Source: Azolla caroliniana (lineage: Eukaryota; Plantae; Polypodiophyta). Taken from it: 64,000 bases of DNA. The notes beneath the pieces were generated by a model that saw only the letters and a program-made list of their open reading frames with translations, had not been told where the DNA came from and ran no database searches. The stretch covers positions 21,452,001 to 21,516,000 of the forward strand of contig JBHGNT010000002.1 in the NCBI GenBank assembly GCA_043228905.1, written 5' to 3'. Of the stretch, positions 62,798 through 64,000 are shown in pieces (the first letter of the stretch is position 1; each line of letters opens with the position of its first letter). A program made the position numbers and the translations under genes.

Positions 62798-64000
62798 TGT
62801 CGTGAAGATTTTCGGCAATAGTGTGAAAATCCCATAAAACGTACAAAATCGAGTATGAATCACGTAATACAATAATTGTGAAGATAACATTTTTAATATC
62901 TAAGTACAAAATGATGGAGGTTTCAAATGCACTTTATTACACGAGAAATAGACAACTAAATGTCAAGATATGAGGGTATAAAGTTTGTGAAAAGAAAAGA
63001 GAAAATTGTGAGATATCCCACATAGGCACGACAAATACGGCTCTCATCATATATAAGGTGGAGCAAAAGATATTATCTTTGTGTCTATGTGTGGAGCATA
63101 GAGAGTTCAAGGTAACTTGAACTTAGAGTGGAGGTGGCTAGCTACTCGAAAAGGGTTTTGGCCAACCAAAACCGGACCGGCGATGGAGCCGGTGATCCGG
63201 CGGCAGCATGCGGCACCGGTATCCGGCGTCGACATCCGGCGGCGGCACCGGTATTCGGCGACGGCATCCGACGACGGTATCCGGCGAACCGGCGACTAGA
63301 TAAAATAAATATATAAAAATATATACATATTTACATATACAAGGAGGGCAAGTATAGATTCAAACCTTGCATCTCCAAGTTAGGAGTCAAATGGCTTACC
63401 ATTAAGCCATGGTATTTAGTTGAAATTATATTTCTATCATTGTACTTTTACATGTAAATTCTCATCCATGAGAGCTAAAATGAGTGACATGGTTAGCATG
63501 CACCACATGTAATACTTAAGTGCCAAATGGCAAACATGCAATTTATGCATGTCTTGTACCCTCACATGCATCATATGCATGAGAGCATCTATAAAAGAGG
63601 GAAGGGGGAGGAGAAAAACACGGTTTTTTTTGTATGAAAATTAAGAGGAAGAAACTCGTTATCAAATCAATTGTGTAATCTCAACTTTTCTCTTTCCCAA
63701 TCTATCTTAAGTACTTTCTCGCCAAAGCTTGTATCGACTCTAAATCCTTCCGGTCCAGAACCCCGGCGGTTCCGCCTCACGATCCGCGCGTAGTGACGGA
63801 TCTTCACGACATAATAAAGTGGTGAACCCGACGTGATAGAGGCGGTAGGAAGGATCAAGTCGAGATTAATACTTGGAGATGGCGTCCTCAAGCAGGAGAG
63901 CTCGAAAGGATGATGCTAATCGTCGAGCAAATGATTAGATCTCGGGACAACGACGCGAGCGTGGAGAAGGCTGTCGATCGTGTCGTAGAGCTCGAGGGCC
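62798..64000 (+). mobile_element. 5' LTR (62798-63811), tRNA-Trp PBS and start of the internal region of an LTR element related to 15675-23178
   Basis: TGTCGTGAAGAT...ATCTTCACGACA (12-bp terminal inverted repeat); TGGTGAACCCGACGTGA at 63820; ATG GCG TCC at ~63879. Confidence 0.85.

Overview
Eukaryotic land-plant DNA, probably a non-seed plant such as a fern, lycophyte or bryophyte (inferred from the TE families). The window is dominated by nested transposable elements plus one host gene, a 5-exon glutamate-receptor-like (GLR) channel that lacks the amino-terminal domain. Main observation: removing a 16.8-kb nested Gypsy stack (11176-27992) restores a ~7-kb DNA transposon (8896-32789; ~30-bp imperfect TIRs, 4-bp CATC TSD). 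It carries a Sola-like DDD transposase on + and, head-to-head on -, an intron-containing gene that fuses a ParB/Srx-like domain to a prokaryote-type beta-class amino (N6A/N4C) DNA methyltransferase (DIPY...QKP...DLFSGT). This copy is pseudogenised. Other content: Tcn1-like chromoviruses with a self-priming PBS, a non-autonomous tRNA-Trp-primed LTR element with a 795-bp higher-order repeat, several Copia elements (one intact and very young, TG..TA termini), RTEX-like and L1 LINEs, and a hAT MITE. Coordinates were read by eye and family names come from motif recognition, not database searches.
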